From Stegostoma tigrinum (lineage: Eukaryota): DNA of 64,000 nt. How positions within the stretch are numbered: the stretch's first letter is position 1; every line of letters starts with the position of its first letter. Below are positions 60,567 to 64,000 of the stretch, piece after piece. The stretch spans positions 19,993,247 to 20,057,246 of the forward strand of contig NC_081385.1 of assembly GCF_030684315.1 (NCBI RefSeq), written 5' to 3'. The notes under the pieces were generated by a model. That model made no database searches. It saw only the letters and a list, made by a program, of their open reading frames with translations, and had not been told where the DNA came from. The translations under genes and the position numbers were made by a program.

Positions 60567-63523
60567 GTATAACAATACCTCCCAATTGGGATCCTAGTTT
60601 TACAGGGTCAAACTTCATTGGATTGAACCTTTTATTCATGTATAAATATGGAATACTTATAAGGAATGAAAGTTAAAACATCTAGAATAACACCATACCA
60701 TACTAGGACTCGCCATGAATAAGCCCTATTCAGAAGATAATAATTTCAAGGTCAAATTAGATATTTTCTTAGTATCTGATTTTAATTTTTATTTGGAATT
60801 CAGAATTGACAAATATTAAGATTTTAATGAATATTTTAAGTGCACAAATTGCCAGCTGCCTATAATATGTGATATTGGATTGAATGCTCAATGTAGTTTG
60901 TTTTCCATTGACTGAAAGACCAATCTCTGTTTGAAAGTGCAGAAATGTAACCTTTCTGGAACTAATTTGCATTATTTTGTTGTACAAATTTGCTGTCACC
61001 CCCTTATTTCATCCTTCCACCCCAACCCATGCATTTTCCTTTTGAGGTTCTGTGAACGTCAGGCAGTAGAATTTGTTTGATTAAGAGTTTCAAATGACGA
61101 TATGGCTTTATTTGTTGTTAGATTTATCTCATGTCTTTTCTATTTTATGTTATTCAGTTATTACACACCATTGGCCTTGAATTTCCTTTACAGCCACCTC
61201 TGGGCAGTTAGACTTGACAATTATCCAATGTGAATATATGGTGAAGTCTCATTGCCAATTCTGTTACAATGTACCTGAGACAATGTGGTTTTTGCTCCTA
61301 TCCATATGGCCTCATTTAATGATCTTTCTAAGCTATCACTCTTACACACTGCTATAATTGATTGCTTGATCAATATTGAGGCTGCACCACTTACTTTTCT
61401 ATTCTCTTCTTTACCTTGTCTGAATGCTGTATAATCCGGAATGTCCAGCTTCCAATCCTGCTCAGCAAGATATACTTATTAGATTCTCTACTTGCCTGGT
61501 CTCCTTCTGACTGGTGGTCAACCATTCCCCCTCTCTCTGTACTGGGTTGACCATACACTGAAATATGCTATCTATGAATCTGTCAGCTTTGTGACTGGAC
61601 TAGTGCTCAGTGGCCACTCAGGCTCCAAAACCCAGAGCTTGAATTGCTCCAGGTGGAGGCACCTCCTGCTCATGTAGTCATCCAGACTGTCAGGAGTGTC
61701 TAGCATTTCCTGAATAGTGAAGGATGTGAAAATCATGGGCCTTGAGATTTTATCACATAGCTTAAAGTAAATAGAATGTGACCCTTGCTTTTTTGTCCCC
61801 CACCCCCCTTACTCCTATTTAAGTCTAGACTAGAAAAATCTCTGGATTTTATAAATCAATTATAATTTTGCAGTCACCATTCCTGAGACTAGCTTTCAAT
61901 TCCATATTTTATTAATTGAATTTAAATTCCAACAGCCACAGCAATGGAATTGTCCCTTGTCCCCAGAGCATTAGCCTGTATCCCTGTATACTAGCCCAGC
62001 GACATTACTGGACTACACCTCTCCCTTAAGTGCACTTACAATGAAAGTTTTAAGTTTAATGAAGCTGTATTGTTTTGCTTTGATTTGTGGCTTCCATGGT
62101 GGCACATATTGAGTGAAAGCCTCCATTACAAGCCACACTGACTTGTCTCTTTCCGAATCTGGTTCCCTTCATCACAGTGCACAGTCTTCTTCTGTTGGTT
62201 CTAGTGGTATGCACTACACCTCTCACCGTGCTTCGGTGTGCTGGGTGAAACATTTACTTCGTGGAGAATTTTGCAGGCCACCCTTGACATGTCAAGTATC
62301 TGATTGACACAGTCTTCTGGTTTAGTCTGGTGAACATGCAAAAGTGCCATCAGCTTCGGCATTAACACATCTTCACACAAAGGCTAATAATAGAAGTATG
62401 TGACTCTACCACACAAAAATAACAGTAGAATCTGAAATGAATAAGACTTTTAAATCTGAGATTGGCTAGCAAAAAATGAGTAGTTTGTGGAACTAATGGG
62501 TTGGAGTTTGAATTTCACTGAATGATAGAACAGGTCAATAAGATGAATGACTTCATTCTGTCTCACTGACTCGCAGAGGGCTTTGATCATTTACATGTCT
62601 GTTTTTAAAGGCCTGCCACGAAGGCTGGTGCTTTATGTTCCTACAGCAAATGTCACAGTCAGCTGTTGTTGAGCAAAGCTGTCATACAATCAGCTTTTCA
62701 GTTGAAGTCCATACACCCTTTGGGCTCGGTCTTTATGAATAGGCTTCTGCCTGTGCTGCTGATGCTTCCGTTTTTATGTTTCTTGTCTCCGTTTTTTTTC
62801 CCCTTGTTCACTGTAACCACAGTGGAGTGGTACTAGTCAGATAATGGCTCACTGCATTAACAGATTGAAAGTGTTTTAATGATTCTTGAAGAGGCTGAAT
62901 TGCATTTTCTGGACAATCTCATTATATTTTTATTCCTCCAAACGCTCTTGCTCAGAAGTGCTCTTCAAATTATAATGTCCCAAAACTTGGACAAACGCCA
63001 TTATCAAGGGAGGAGAAACGTTTTGAACAGAGCTAAGATTATTGTTAAAAGAAGTTAAGAACTTTTTGATATTATAATCATGTCTATGAATGATTTGTGC
63101 TCAATTTTTCATTCTGTTAGGCTGACTTGCACCCTCTGATAAGGTGTACATCTGGGTGCACATCTGCAGGGAAGACCAGAGTGTACCCTGAGACATGTAA
63201 TTACTAACATATCTGTATTTACCACTTGATATGAAATTCGGAAGAAGGTTTAGTGATTTTGGGCAGTCTAGCTTGTATTTTCATCCCTTTTACTCCTTTC
63301 AGAGACTTTTGAAAAACAATTTTGGTGTTAATGGTTTGGAAGCAGAATAAACTGTTCCTCACAAATAGATGAACAACTGGTTGAGTAAGAAGGTTGATTG
63401 CTTTTTATATACTGCATCCATGTGAGTATATCAACTGTATATCCCAGGCTAAAAGAAAATCTCTAAATTTAGATACAAGGTGTAAAGTGAGATCATAGAT
63501 TATTTTGTGAATTGTGTTAACAG

Positions 63524-63616
63524 GCTCGAAATTTCATGAGAGATATGAAGTTGGAACAGCTGGCCTTTTTCTACCATAGCAATTGTAAAGAGCCTGGAAT
63601 TGCTGCACTCATCAAG
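63524..63616 (+). CDS. THYN1: THYN1 exon (ARNFMRDMKLEQLAFFYHSNCKEPGIAALIK); gene continues beyond the window
   Basis: taacag| acceptor and AAG|gtttgc donor; 93 nt; ARNF..MK...AFFYHSNCKEPGI motif. Confidence 0.97.
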
Positions 63617-64000
63617 GTTTGCATCTTTAACAGCTACTAACCTGTTAGTATGAGTTTTGAACTGTTTTGTGCCTGTTTGAGCAATAATGGTACTTATGAG
63701 ATAAGAACAGTGTAACAATTGTGACATTTTGTTTCCAGCTTTGGTGAGGAAGTTGTTATTACAGCATTTACATAATGTATCAACTTCACCTCTGGTCATG
63801 AATTCCAAATTATTACATGCTCTGACTAGGTTAAGAAAAGGCAATTTTAATGAATGACTTTTCTCCTTGACTTAGCTGCAGAAATGTATTCCATGGTCCA
63901 TAATTAAAATGTTCAGTATAATTAATAATCCAGTCTGCCAATGATGTATAAAATAAACAATACAGTTTATAGCAAATGCCTTCATCCAAGTGCAGAAATG

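Noticed and set aside
63500-63844. 114-aa minus-strand ORF
   Set aside because: Antisense to a THYN1 exon and intron, with no recognisable motif.

Overview
Eukaryotic, repeat-rich vertebrate DNA. The HE1-type SINEs, CR1 LINEs and Penelope-like relics point to a cartilaginous fish, probably a shark (inference). Exons were assembled by eye from splice sites and translation, and homology calls rest on remembered family sequences, not database searches. Five genes are supported. (1) NNMT/INMT-family methyltransferase A (+, 721-18073), whose 205-nt exon 2 is present in three identical copies inside a near-perfect 3 x 3362-bp tandem triplication (3195-13281). (2) An intact tandem paralogue, methyltransferase B (+, 20784-25813, 263 aa), with a different substrate-pocket sequence. 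(3) A single-domain, 10-Cys Ly6/uPAR (three-finger) gene (-, 31003-37630), with its signal-peptide exon running into a 133-N gap. (4) ANAPC13 (-, 46606-48309, 74 aa), absent from the ORF track. (5) THYN1 (+, 54892 to beyond the window), head-to-head with ANAPC13 across a CpG island carrying a 40-bp minisatellite and an RFX-like X-box. The remainder is CR1, SINE, Penelope-like and LTR-like debris. Several Penelope-like ends keep minimal hammerhead-ribozyme folds. Best leads: the exon-2 triplication, pocket divergence of the paralogues, the ANAPC13-THYN1 promoter pairing, two candidate in-frame cassette exons and the hammerhead motifs. I found no clear wholly new system.
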